Positions 25,403-38,057 of a stretch of DNA of 64,000 nucleotides are shown here, piece by piece. The stretch's first letter is position 1, and every line of letters begins with the position of its first letter. Made by a program: the position numbers and the translations under genes. Below the pieces are notes generated by a model, which was not told the origin of the DNA, did no database searches, and worked only from the letters and a program-made list of their open reading frames with translations. The DNA comes from the human T2T-CHM13v2.0 reference genome, Homo sapiens, in assembly GCF_009914755.1 (NCBI RefSeq), contig NC_060932.1. One strand, 5' to 3'.

Positions 25403-28400
25403 GTAAATAGAAAGCAAGCCAATTAAAAATATATTAAGTAAATCATAGTATAAATGGTGTAGTATATAGGTATGACAAAAATTGGGACAGTTGTTTGCAA
25501 AGGACTAAAGTTTGGTAAATATCAGCAGGAAATTATCATTTTCCAAATTATCATTTGGAAATATCAGCAGGGAAAAAGCCACTGGGTCTTTTTTCCTCCA
25601 AGGCCCAAAGATTTCACTGTACTATTTATTCTTTGGTTCACCAATCTCATCTTCTCTCCTCAAAACAATGACAACAGCAAAAACAAACAAACAAACTACC
25701 AAAACCAAATCCCCAAAAACAGAGTGTAGGCCCTCGTTTCTTCCCCTTGTTTCCAAAGCAAAGCAACGCAACAGATGTCCATTGAGCATCTGCCCTTTAT
25801 TCATGTGTCATGCACATCACACATGTTGAATCTTTTGATTCTTTGTGCAGGCTCCATTCTTTGTGGGAAGGGTTTGGCTTAGGCCACCAGCTGGGGTGCA
25901 AATACATACCCTAATTTATGCAAACAAATTTGTTATGAGATTCCTCAAACTTCTGAGAAAGTACATAGCTCTCTCTAGAGGTCTCTGGAGTTAGTTGTGG
26001 GGCTTGCTGGACTGATGAGAAGATGAATCTCTAACAGTTTCTGTCACTGCCAGAGAGTGCTGCCAATGGAAATGCCCATCTATTGTTATGCCTGCCTGGC
26101 TGGTACAGATCTCTGTGGGAGTCACTGGGGTGTACCAGAGGCTAATGTTTGCAAGCCTGGCAGTGATGACTGGATCTGGAGTGGCTTCCACGTTTAGCTA
26201 AACTCTGGTCCCAAACATCTCTCATTTACCCCTCTCTGTGCTTTGCCTAGGACACTAGCCTAGTCCATTCTCCTCTCATCCTTGGAGTAACTGCCTTTTT
26301 TGGGGTCCTTGGTATCCTTACCTGTCAGGAGACACCGTCTGGGCCTATCCCATGTCAACACAACAGGTTTCTTTAACTTTTCATTTCTAAATGGGATGGG
26401 ACTTTTGGGTGTTTCCCTTTAGAAAGCCTGGCTTTTTTTCTGTAAAATGACCTCCAGAGCTCTGCCAACTCCAAAATGTTTAAAGGGGGCCCTGATTCAA
26501 CTTGATGATAATCCATCCACTGAAACTCAGCTTGAACATTGATCAGTTTGCCAAAAGCCCATTTTTGTAAATTATCAAATCTTCTGAGTAACCAAAGAAA
26601 CACTGATTTTAGTGATTCGTCAGTCTGTGGCAGTTTGTGGCATGGGGGCAGGGGGTTGGTTCAATAGCTAGTTCCTTGAGAACCTTGGTTGATTGGTTTC
26701 CATTTTGTCTCAGGGCAGAGTTTCAAGAAATATTTAATTAGTTGAAAGTTTAGAATTAGGGATAGTTCAGTCCTCCTATCAACTGCCCATCCTTCTATGG
26801 GCATCCAGTAGACACACCCTTTCAACATTCAGCTTTAGCTCCTAAATAAATCTTTAACAATTTAATATGTTATAAATAAAAGAAAATGCTAAACTGGATT
26901 GAGATTCATTAAACCCAAACCATGGAATGAAAACTATGAGCTCCACAGTTTTCTAACCTAGATATAATCCTATATTTGAGAATGTATTCATAGAGATAAA
27001 GCTGGATGGAAATTGACCCAAATGTCAATGAGTTTTTTTTTTTTTTTTTGTCTCTAATGAAAAAAAAATCTCTTCAGTAAGTTTCATTCATTTTGTAAAG
27101 GTAACACAAGTGTGCACTTTGGCAATTTGAACAAAAAAATAGAATAGGGTTGCTTATTTTCTTAATAAAGTACACCCTTCTCAACACTTTAGAAACGCTG
27201 ATCCCTGGGGAGGTGTGAATTCATTTGCTGAGAATGTTAGAAGCCACGGTTGACAATATAAGGCAAATGAGCCAACATTTCCCCTTTTGTGGCCGGCAGC
27301 AGGTATTGCTAATTGCAGCTCTTTCCTGACAATCTCAGAGTACCTTAAAATCTTTCTCAAGGCTTTGTTCCCGATAAAAAAGACCAAATGGTGAGCTTTG
27401 GGATAGGGTAAAATCTATTTGTCACTCTAGTGCTGATTCTGCTGGATTATAATCTTTCACTGAGCTGGTACTACTTGCTGACATTCTTCTCCACTGTTCC
27501 ATATTCCATATTTTACTCTGCTGCAGTGGTTGCTTTCTTGGATAAGAATATGTACATCTATTGTAGAGAATTATCCATCATCCTGCCAGCCTTTGCTCAT
27601 CCTTCTGAATTTATGTACAGAGAGTTGACAGCTCCATCTCCCCTTCTTCTTAACTTGCTTCTGAAGAAACAGAGCCCAGGGTGGAAGCAGAAAGCTTGCC
27701 TCCATTTGTTTCATGGCACACATTACATTACCACTGTGTTTTAGCAACACCCAACACAGTTCCTCTTGGGACACTGCTGAGAAGTTTCCTTGGCCACAGC
27801 CTACACCTCAGATTCCACTGTGCTCCAGGCTCTGGACCTGTGGTCTTTCCATTTATGGAGAGGCTAAGGCTGCAGAATTACCTGAACCTATGTCCAAAGA
27901 GCCCCCTTGGGGCTAAACAATTTTAGTAGACAGAAGTTTATTTGCCTGATCCTGCAGAACTGCCCACATGATTTGAGCAATATTTTCTTCTGAAAAGCCA
28001 TGAAAGTCTCCAAAGTTATATTCAAGAGTATTTCTAACATCCTAATCGTTCATACATATCTTTTGTTTGTTTTGGCCTTTCTTGCAACATATTTTAATTC
28101 TACATGTGTGTATCTTCATGCTCCCACATACGTGGGGGTTGGAAAGTTATTTAGGGCAAGAACAGTTTCTTTTTTATTTTTCACCTCCACATCATAAGGA
28201 TAAGCCACATCATCTATTAATTAGTAGGCAACAAAATATACAGGACAGAACAGGACAAAGTATGCAGGACAGGCGTAAGCATAAAATAAGAGATTTGGGG
28301 GGTCAATTCCCAGTATTGACACACACTGATTGTGTAGTTGTGTGTGAGTTACTAAAGTCTTTTCTAGTAACTTGAATAGGTCACATGGCTTTACCAAAAT

Positions 28401-28419
28401 TAAGTAAAACATTTTTATA

Positions 28420-29270
28420 ATGAAAATGGCATCCTCTTCTGATCTCCCCTTCTCTGTCCTGCTCCTTATGAGCAATCACTTTTAACTCTTTGAACTATTT
28501 GTTCTGGTGGTTATCTCCAATTTCTTTAAATAATGGGCTTAAATTGCTCTTTTTGCTTTACAAATTTAGATAATATCTATTGACATATTGCCATACTGTA
28601 TTAGGACTTAACTCCTTTAATAAATATCCCTTTAACCATCCCCACATTCTCTCAACAAATTTACATCATGATGTTTATTTAACTTTTGTTTTTATCAGGG
28701 TTTTCAGTATTTTAAACTTTGCTCTAGAGCCAGGTGGTATGCTGTGATTTTATTTCCTTCCTTCTGCAGTTTTTGTGCCGTTTCACTTTTTCTAAAATTT
28801 CTGATTATTATTCTTTTTTTCTTATTGCAATATCTTCTTTAGAATTTTCCTCCATATTTTCCCTGCAGAGCTCTAGCCAGTCAGATAGTCTGCTCAGCAT
28901 TTTTTATTAAAGTTCCTTTGCAGGTTGAACCAGTTTCCATTCTGGGATGCATGGCCATCATCCTGGAAATCCCTTGTACCTGCACCTAGGTGGGACCTCT
29001 GTTTTCTGCCTTCTACTCCCTTCTTTCTTGGGCTATTGCTCTATTTTGCGAGCGCACATCCTTCTTTGCTGCCAAATAAGCAAAAGGTAGGCAAACGTAG
29101 GCAAATTTTCAGAACCTTGCATGTCTGAACATGAAGATATTTTCTAATTGAGCTAGGTATAGGCTAGAAATGATTTTTCTTCAGTATTTAAAATATGCTC
29201 CCTGGTCTAGCATTGAGTGTGCATGGCAAGACATCCACCGCCATTTGGATTATCATTCCTCATAGAAGAC
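28420..29270 (-). mobile_element. Ancient L1M (L1ME-like) fragment
   Basis: T-rich antisense L1-like sequence, e.g. 'agaaccttgcatgtctgaa...ctaggtataggctagaaatgattttt'. Confidence 0.55.
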
Positions 29271-29707
29271 CATTATAGGTTAAGTTGCAGCCTCCAAAAA
29301 GATATGTTGAAGTCTCAACCATTAGTTCTTCAGAATGCGACCTTATTTGGGAATGGAAGCATTGTAGATGTAATTAATTAAGATAAGGTCATAGTGAAAT
29401 AGGGTGAGACTTTAATCCAATATAATTGGAGTCCTTACAAAAAGAGGGAAATCTGGACGTAGACACAGTGAAGATGGAGGCTGTGATTAGAGTTGTACTG
29501 CTGCAAGCCAGGGAATGCCTGGAGCCAAGAAGCTGAAAGAGGTAAAAAAGGGTCTTTCCTGAGAGGCTTTGGAGGGAGCAGAGCTCTGCCCACACCTTGA
29601 TCTTGGACTTCTAGCTTCCAGAACTGTGAGAGAATAAATTTCTGTTGTTTTAAGTCACCCAGTTTGGGGTACTTTGTATGGCAGCCCTAGGCAACTAAAT
29701 GAATACA
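29271..29707 (+). mobile_element. MLT1C-like MaLR LTR
   Basis: 'aagatatgttgaagtc...gaccttatttgggaat' to 'ccagaactgtgagagaataaatttctgttgttttaagtcaccc...aataca'. Confidence 0.9.
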
Positions 29708-29821
29708 GGAACTTCCCCCTCACCAACCCCCGCCCCAGTTTTCTGGAAGCTCTTATTATCTTAAAAAGGTGTTATTGCAGTTGAAGTATTGCTATAGGCA
29801 GTTTCAAAAGTCAAATAGTGT

Positions 29822-30243
29822 TTAAGTTCTGTAGAACTCTCTAGAAGCACAACTTGAGAAAGGGATTCTTGTGGGGGTGATTTACTGAAAAAGTGACCTC
29901 CAGAAAAACCCTCCAGGAAGTGAGGGAAGGAGAGAGGCAGGTGATTTCAGCTGAAGTACAGCCTCAGCCTTATCCCATGGAGAGATCAGAAGTGCCCAGA
30001 GAGCTGTCCTTCCTGGAGGCAAGTATCTCTGCATCCCAGTCCTTGGCTGGTACCTGCCCATGTGTGTGTGGCTGGGGCGGGGGTGGGGAGAATGAACTCC
30101 CAGATATTTCCAGGTGCAGCAATTCTTGTCATCTGAAGTCAATTCTCTCTAGACAGAGGCAGCTGTGAGCCATTAGCCATTAAGGAATAGGTATGCTGAC
30201 CAGTAACAGGGATCTGGGCAGAGCACCACCAGCCTTTATTATA
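29822..30243 (-). mobile_element. ERVL-class LTR (LTR33/LTR16-type), 3' LTR of relic provirus 2
   Basis: Similar to 32227-32693; adjacent 'gtcccctttt' is a polypurine tract on the minus strand. Confidence 0.75.
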
Positions 30244-32226
30244 GTCCCCTTTTCCTCTGCCTGGTATATTGGAATTCACAAAAAATTTACTTCATCCACA
30301 CACAGCTTTTCCAGGATTCTGATGGGTCATAATTTCTGGGGAAATTTAGATTAGGAGGGTCAGTGGGATGAATGACAGTCCCCCCTGTTACAATTGGATC
30401 CATATCTATTACTCATCACCTCCCTCCTCTCCTCATTCTAGATTCCGTCTCACTCAGATAGCACTTCTGCTGGGCTAAGTGGCTTCCTGGGTGGGGTGAT
30501 CCAGATCTTCATCCCTGAGGGGGCTGAATCCCTGGTCATCATCATAACTTATCAGGCCATGGTTTTTATATTGCTTATTTACAGTTAAAACTGGACAAGG
30601 GAAAGGCAAGAGTTGCCAAGCAGATCACCTGAGCGCCATCTGTATTCCTTCTGGCACCATCTTGTGGGAGCAGGACTACCTCCTCCTCACGATGGTCAGG
30701 ACCAATGACCCTACTAGTGTGGTAAGGCCATAGTGGTCTACTGGTCTACTATTATAAGGTGCTCAAGCTGACTGGGCAACAGCCATAGCTTTAAATTTAG
30801 GGGTATCCTACTCTGTTTTCAGCTAGATGCATTGCCTCCTCTCCTTCCTCCATTTTGGGAGCCAAGATCTCTCATCTCATAGAGTCCAAAGTTGCAAGGA
30901 TCAGAAATCCAAATTCCTCAAGTGGGTTACTGAGACCGATACTGGATGGGCCACTCCTACTTCTTCCACTTGGTTGCATATATGGATTCCCACACCCATA
31001 TATTTTAACTACTTTTGGGCACATGCCCATGCAATGGCCATGGTTTAAGGGTATCACCCCATCCCTACAGGGTATCATCTCCAAGCTGGTGCCTTAGCTG
31101 TTCCTTCAAGAGGCCATTCTTTTGGCCATTCAGGCCGGCAGCTTCTGGATGGTACGGCGTATGGTATATAACAGGTCCAGTGGCTTCCATGTCATGTTAG
31201 CACTATACTTCCTCTGCTACACAGTATGTCCCTTGGTCTGAGGCAATGTTATGCAGGGAATCCCAGATCAGCAGATCAGACACCCCATGAGCCCTCAGAT
31301 AGTGGCACTAACTAAGGCCTTGTGGTGGGAACAGCAGACCCATAATCAACACCTGAGTCCATCCCAAGCAGGGTATATTGCTATCCGTTCCAGACTAGAG
31401 GGGACTGTGATGTAAACAACCATCCAAAGTCTTGTTGGTACCATATCAGGGACTCAGCATCAGTCTATGTTGTTTGAAGTCAGACTTTCAGTGTGTCAGT
31501 AGCTGGATAATGCTTGCGGAGAGGAAGCCCATGCATTCCCCCTCCTTTACACCATGGCTGCTCTGTTTATGCATATGTTTGCTGTACAGAACTAGGGTAG
31601 CCAATGACAGAGGTCAGGGACATGTCCTGGTTAAGTCATCCCGTCCCACAGTTGTGTAATGCTGCTTTTGTGGGGTGTTCTCTGACAGGCTTTGTGACAT
31701 GCTCTGCAAAGATTCTCTCCCCTAGATCCACCTACGTGCCTTATTCCTATACCTCCTTGTTCCCAGTCTTCTAATTTTGCTTTTAGGTCATTGACAAACC
31801 AGGCAAACCATCTAGCCCTGCTTTATGTCTATCCTTCCTCTGGTTACTTTTCTGTCCATGTAAGTGAATGAACAGGTACTGCAGCTTCTTTGGTGTACAA
31901 TACCTAGCTTTGCTCAGCAGGCAGAACACAGCCACTAAAGCCAAGCTGAGATTTGGTCCCTGTTGTTTGTCTGGTGGCCAGGAAGAAAGGCAGGACTAGG
32001 TCTTGGCTGAGACTTCAGTACAGTGGTCAATTAAGTGGGAATACTATCTAAAAAGGGAGGGAAGGTAGGCTACTTCTGCAGGCCCTATGGATTAAGGGAA
32101 ATCTTATAGTTCAAGATTCAAAAATGGGTCTACTAGCAAAACACTACCAGTGATTGGATTCACACTGCTAGCAGCTGGAAAGTAGTCTACCTCCATCCTT
32201 AGCTTCATAGAACCACTAGTACCAAT
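30244..32226 (-). mobile_element. Decayed, deleted ERVL internal region (RNase H and integrase remnants)
   Basis: Minus strand 31083-31157 reads PYHPEAAGL then, in a shifted frame, NGLLKEQLRHQL (ERVL integrase core); PBS-side 'ttggtactagtggttct' next to the 5' LTR. Confidence 0.8.
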
Positions 32227-32693
32227 TGCTTGAGGATGGGTTCCTTAGAAACCAAGCCTAAGACAGGGATTCGTGTGCAAGTGAGTCATCAAGGGAGCAT
32301 ACTCAGGAGAACTCCATTAGGAAGTGAAGGAAGCAGGATAGGGAAGGGGGAAATCAAAGCAAAGAGGTGGCTTCAGCTGAAATCTAAACATAGTCTTATC
32401 ACATGGGGAGCCCTGAAGCATAACTGGCACCCCACAGTTTTTCCAACTTGAAGAAAGGGTGATGATAGGCTTTTGAAAATTCCATATCAGGCTGTCATTA
32501 CCTTGTGGCTATTCTCAGAGGGAAGGCATAGATTCCTAGACATTTCCAGATAATGCTGATCCTGTTGGTTGAGTAAAATTTTCTGGAAAAGGGTGCAATT
32601 GTGAGCATTAGTGGCCACTGTTACAATACTGGGGGTTAGGTACATCCCCTGAGGAAAGGGGACCTGGGCAAAGAACCAGTGGAATTTACTAGA
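32227..32693 (-). mobile_element. ERVL-class LTR (LTR33/LTR16-type), 5' LTR of relic provirus 2
   Basis: 'gggttccttagaaaccaagcctaagacagggattcgtgtgcaag...ggggacctgggcaaagaaccagtggaatttactaga'. Confidence 0.75.
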
Positions 32694-32749
32694 GGGCTAC
32701 AAAGCTTATGACAAAACCCATTCACAGCTTCACAGGCCATCCCTTTGAA

Positions 32750-34920
32750 CTCTTTTAGTCATTACTTCTAATAGGTAACTTCATAATTCTACATTTATGT
32801 TTATTTATTAGGTAAAATTTTGGGCACTTTCTACTGATTTCCTCTCGTGGTAAGGGAGGAATTATGATTTTTCTCAACTTATTTACCTTATCCTCTCAAT
32901 AGAGTAATGTCACATTTTAAACTCAAATTTATTATTATAATTATATACAGGTTTTTCACTGCTGAGCCTAGTAGTATGCAATAAATACATTTTAATTTTT
33001 TCTCTAAGTTTTCAGTTTTTCCTGGAGTTAACAACTGCCTATGTTTTTGTTATTTACTTAGTTTTACATATGCAAATTGATAAGAACCAGGGTCTAGAAA
33101 ATAGTAAGCATTATTTATGTGTTTGCTCTTATCATTGGGCTGTTTTCTTACACCCTATAACAACTCTGTTATACCATATAGAATCAGCTTTTCACATTGT
33201 CAAACCTGTCAAATACTTTATGCATTCTAAATTTTCTCCTAGAAATTCTTGGTGCCTCCATCCTCCTGTTGCTATATGGGACTAATTGCTCTCTAAATAT
33301 GCTCCTCAGCTGTGGTCCTAGACATCCATGAGCCATGATCCTTGGTGTTCCCTTCACCCCACCCCTGCAGTGGTTTCTCTGTTCCTTGGTTTACCCCTCA
33401 GTTTTGTTGAAATACTTCCTCCAGTAGCTTCCTGAGAAGAAGTAAAGTAAGTCGAAATTGTATTTTTGAAACTTAGCATGTTAAAACAAATGTTTGCTGT
33501 ATGCTCACACTTGATTTACAATCTGGATGGCTATAGATGTTTAAAGTGTCAGTCATTTTCCCTTAGAATTTTGAAGTAATTGTACCATTTTCATAGCTCC
33601 CTATGTTCCTGTTGAAAAGCCCAAATGCCATTCATATTTCCATATATATATACATGGAAATATATACATATTTTTTTTCCCTCTACAGAAGCATTTCAGA
33701 TTTTCTTTTGTTCTGAATTTCACAGTGATATGTGTACTTTGCTTTGGGGCTTTGAACTTTTAAAATTTCTTTTTTTACTTATTACTCAGAGAAAACTTGT
33801 GTACCTCCATTCTAGGAAATACTCTGGCATTTTTTTTCTGCAAAAATGTCCTCCCCTTTATTTTCTCTGATCTCTTTGAAAATTTTTATTAGTAAGATGT
33901 TCAACCTCCTGGATTGATCGTCTAATTTTCTCATCTTTCCTCTTCTATTGTTATTGCTTATCTTTTTATTCTCCTTTCAGGGAAAATTTCTTGACTTTAT
34001 TGTTATGCAGTTATTTTGAATTTTTTTTAAAATTGAGTCATCATATTTTTAATTTCCAAGAACTCTCACTTGTTATCTAAATGTATTTTTTAATGAATGC
34101 ATTTTTCTTGTTTTATGGATTATAACATCTCCCGTTATTTCTCTGAGGATATTAATTACATTTTCTTTGAAGTTTTTTTTGGTGCTTTCTGCATTAATTC
34201 TGTTGCCTCTGTATTCTTTGTTCTTTGTTCAGGTTTCTTCAAGTAGGATAATTTCTGCAAATTTTTAGTACTTCTCAATTGTCTGTTCATACTAATGAGT
34301 AAGATGCTAAAAACTGGAAGCAAGCTGTGAGTGCACTGGTGGGCTCCACTGTAGAGCGGTGTGAAGTCAGATGACACTAATTCATTAGGGATTTGTAGGT
34401 CTTTTCCTGGTACAGGCTTATTGTTCTCTAGAAAGATACTTAAATCAAGATTCCCTCCCCCTATTTGCATATCTAGACTTTTACCTGTTTACGGACTCAA
34501 TACTCAACTTAGTACTCCAGGAGAATAAAATATGATGCCTTGGGTCAGGATGGAGACCTGGGTGTCTAAATTGTTACTCAAACTTTTCAACCACACTTCT
34601 GTGTCCGGCATTTCACTCCACCCATCTCTTATTGCCTTCAGTGGTACGTGGTACTTTCAGTTTCCAGTGACAGTTAGAAACGTTCTGTGTTCCTGGAGGG
34701 GTGAATTGGGTGGCTTCCTCTCCTTATAGGGACTTAGGATTGAAACATTCTCTCTGCTAAGTGCTTTGCTTTCCTCCTTCTGCTGTCCATCTTTCTATAG
34801 AGTGTGTTAAGAAATACATAGCTTTTTTTCTAGTTCTTCTTGTTATTTTTGGAAGGGGAAAGTAGCAGAAATGTATTTACTCTGGCATCTCAAAATGAAA
34901 ATGCTTCTCTGAGTTTTTAA
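32750..34920 (-). mobile_element. Ancient L1M (L1ME-like) fragments
   Basis: Antisense L1-like T-rich DNA, e.g. 'gatgttcaacctcctggattgatc', 'atatttttaatttccaagaactct'. Confidence 0.6.
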
Positions 34921-35070
34921 GAACTTTTCTTTACAGTGGTATTTTCAAATGTGACAATATGTTAGTAAATTATTAGACCATGTCACTATGTCTCTTTTCT
35001 TTCATATTTTTTAGTTCTTTATATTTTGAGCTACTGTGTTCGGGGAATCCCAAATTCCCAACTAGGAATC

Positions 35071-35072
<2 letters not shown>

Positions 35073-35114
<42 letters not shown>
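35073..35114 (+). repeat. (TG)21 microsatellite
   Basis: Perfect dinucleotide run. Confidence 0.98.
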
Positions 35115-35117
<3 letters not shown>

Positions 35118-35553
35118 CAGGAAATAATGTCTTTAGTTAAAAAGAACACCTTGGATGGATGTTCTGCCTGCAGTGGAGGTGTGTCATTAAGAAGGCAGAT
35201 TATACACTTGGCCAACTAGAGATGTAGCTAAGGAGGAAGAGAAGCTAATTTGGGTCCAGTTTTTCAGCAAATTCCCCTGGTCCGCGTCCCCTGTATTCGT
35301 GTTTCTCTTGGTCTCACCGAGCACTCCCAAGTCCTGGACTTTTCCAGAGTTTTTTATTACAAGATGTGACTTTTTCTTGTTCACCTCACTATGCTAACAC
35401 ACAAAGCTGTGGCTCTATCTGCTTTGTAACATCAATTGCCATTCTCTGTATGTTTTTCAGAATGTTGATGAAACCCCTCAACTGCTAATGGATTTTCTAC
35501 AGGTACTATCTTCATTGTGGGTCTAAATACTTTTTACCTGTTTACAGTCATAA

Positions 35554-36511
35554 TGATAGGGACAAGGGGCAGAGAAATTCTAGGCAGACAGGGGTGGTTC
35601 CCTGGAGAAGCCCCACTCTCAAGCCGAAAAGCTTGAGACTATGGCCCAAAGTGAGAACTTATATCCCTGTTTTCCTGCTCAAACATTGCCTTTTCCAAAA
35701 CCACCCATGGTCCTGCCCTGCCCCCTACCCTGTGCCTATAAAAACCCCAGACTTAGCAGAGAGGGGAAGCAGCTGGATGTCAGAGACTACAGCTGGACAT
35801 TGGAGAGAAGCATCTTGACTTCAGAGGGACAGCTTCATGATACAACTTTGGAGAAGAATCTGGCCAGAGACACCTGGACTTAGGGGAAGATTACCTTCCT
35901 GCCTTTTCCCCTTTTCAGCTCCCCTTCCTACTGACAGCCACTTTCATTGGCAATAACATTTACCATCCTTCAATTCATTCATGTGACCTCATTTTTCCTG
36001 GTTGCTGGACAAGAGCTTGGGAGCCACAAGTGTAGATACAAAAGACTGTCACACTGACACTTTGCCCTCACTGGCAGAAGGCAACTGCCTCACGCAAAAA
36101 GGCAGAGGGCCCATTGAGCTGTTAATACTTAAGCTGTCCATGGATGGAAGAGCTGAAAGAGCACTGTAATACTCCCTCTGCAGCTTCAGGGGTTGCGGGT
36201 GCCCCTTCAGACACTGCTGTGGGGTCTGCGTGAAGTTTTCCTGCTGGTGCCCAAAAGCATTCACCCCAGCTCCTGTACCCACTCAGCTGCACACTCAGTC
36301 CCATGAGGGGTAGAGTGAAGGGGGTCCAAGTGAGTGGAGTTCACTCCTGCTCGTGCCAGAGCAGCTGGCTGGTCCCAGCATTCATGCACTCCATTTCCTG
36401 CCTTGTTTGCTCACATGCTCTCTCCTGTGAGGAGTTGAAAGCTGTGGACTGGGTGCACAAGGCACCCCTGTTGCAAATGCTGTAAAGGGGTTAGGGAAAT
36501 ATCCTGCTTCA
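35554..36511 (+). mobile_element. ERV1 solo LTR of the LTR1/LTR27/LTR28/MER52 group
   Basis: TG...CA termini ('tgatagggacaagggg' to 'atcctgcttca'); TATA-like 'cctataaaaacccc'; 4-bp TSD ataa/gtaa. Confidence 0.85.
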
Positions 36512-36514
36512 GTA

Positions 36515-36720
36515 AGGACTAAGAGCATAAGGTCTGAAGATACATGACTGGAAAATGCCACTATGTTTTAGCTGTGTATCTTTAGATAAGGTATTTAGCA
36601 TTTCTCTGCCTCAGTTTTTTCATTTGTAAAATGGGAATAATAATAAGACTCTCCTTGTAGGATTTTGTGAGCATTAAATTAGGAAATGCAGGTAAATAAA
36701 CTAAAATATGATATGTGGTA
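36515..36720 (+). mobile_element. MIR SINE
   Basis: 'tgcctcagttttttcatttgtaaaatgggaataataata...gattttgtgagcattaaat'. Confidence 0.85.
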
Positions 36721-37189
36721 AGGTGACTCATAGTCACCCTTCCACAAAAGGTAGACTCATAGTCACCTTTCAAAAATGTCATCCATTATTATTTTAGTGG
36801 AATTTTAGGATGGAGAGAAGATAAAGGCTTGTTTCTATCTTCTGTTGTTAACTGGAAGCTGCTTGACTTCCCTGAGATTACATATTTTATGGAGTTGCTT
36901 GAGGATTCAGGGAGCTAACATTTAGAAAACACACAGCATATGGCAGGCACAGAGTTATTGATACTTCTAGACACTTGATGGGTGATGGTTGAATGACTGC
37001 TGAAGAAAAACTTTATACATGAAAGAAATCCCAAGCCTGGATATAGATAATCTGCATTTAGTCCTGATTGCCACTCACTTTCGTTCTGTGACTCATAGAA
37101 GGCAAGGAACCTTTCTGATCCTTTTTCTTCATCTGAGAATAGGGATAATCATGGCAGATACCTAACAATGCTATGGCAAAAATGCATAT

Positions 37190-38008
37190 TGATAGTGACA
37201 GGAAGCAGCTAAATGCCTAGGCAGATAGGGGTGGGTACCCATTGAAACCCCATCTCCAAGCCGAAGACAGTTTCAAGCCTGAAAGCAAAACTACAAGTTA
37301 TTAATGAATCCTTGGACAAGATTGAGAACTCATCTTCCTTTTTGGCATGCTTTCCTCTGATTGGTCCTCACTCTTCATCTAGTTTACATACACCTACCCT
37401 TTCCTAATTGGTTTTCTACACTGTTGTGGCCACCTTTGAGTGATGTCTTCACTTTTAACCTTTTGCGCATACTCACAAACCAATCAGCATGCGCTTTCCA
37501 TCCTGTGCCTGTAAAGACCCCAGACTCAGTTGGTAGAGGAGGAGATGGCCTGACTTTGGGGAAGAGACAACCTGACTTTGGGAAAGATGATCTGCCCTTC
37601 CTGTCTCCTCTCCAGCTCCTCTCTGCTGAGAGCTGTTTTCATTGCTCAATAAAATTCTCCGCCATCACCACCCCTCAACCATCCATGTAACCTCATTCTT
37701 CTTGGATGCTGGACAAGAGCTCAGGACCCACTGAGTGTGGATACCCAGAAAGGTTGTCACACTGGCCCTTTTCCCTCACCATCAGAGGACACCTGCCCCA
37801 TGTGATGAAGCAAGGGGCCAACTGAGCTACTAACACACCACCATTTGCAGATGGTGGAACTAAAGGAACACTGTAACACCCCCTCTGGGGCTTTGCGATC
37901 TCAAGCACCCTCACCTGGGTGCCACCACGTTCCCCTTGAGGTGACATGCCTGGTCTGGCCATAGGTCCTGCACAGAACTTGTTCCTGTGTCAGCACCCAG
38001 AGTGGCCA
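37190..38008 (+). mobile_element. ERV1 LTR of the LTR27/LTR28 group, 3'-truncated, inside a MIR
   Basis: 'tgatagtgacaggaagcagctaaatgcctaggcagataggg'; shares blocks with the 35554 LTR ('gctggacaagagct', 'gtcacactg'). Confidence 0.8.
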
Positions 38009-38057
38009 GAAACTGTAAAGTACTTTATATATTATAAGGTATGTGTAGGTGTGCGTG

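Noticed and set aside
30827-31200. Intact or domesticated integrase gene
   Set aside because: Motifs lie in different frames and the surrounding sequence is decayed
35554-38008. A single ERV1 provirus bounded by the two related LTRs
   Set aside because: The first LTR has its own TSD, the LTRs differ substantially, and the spacer is MIR/host DNA with no PBS or viral coding sequence
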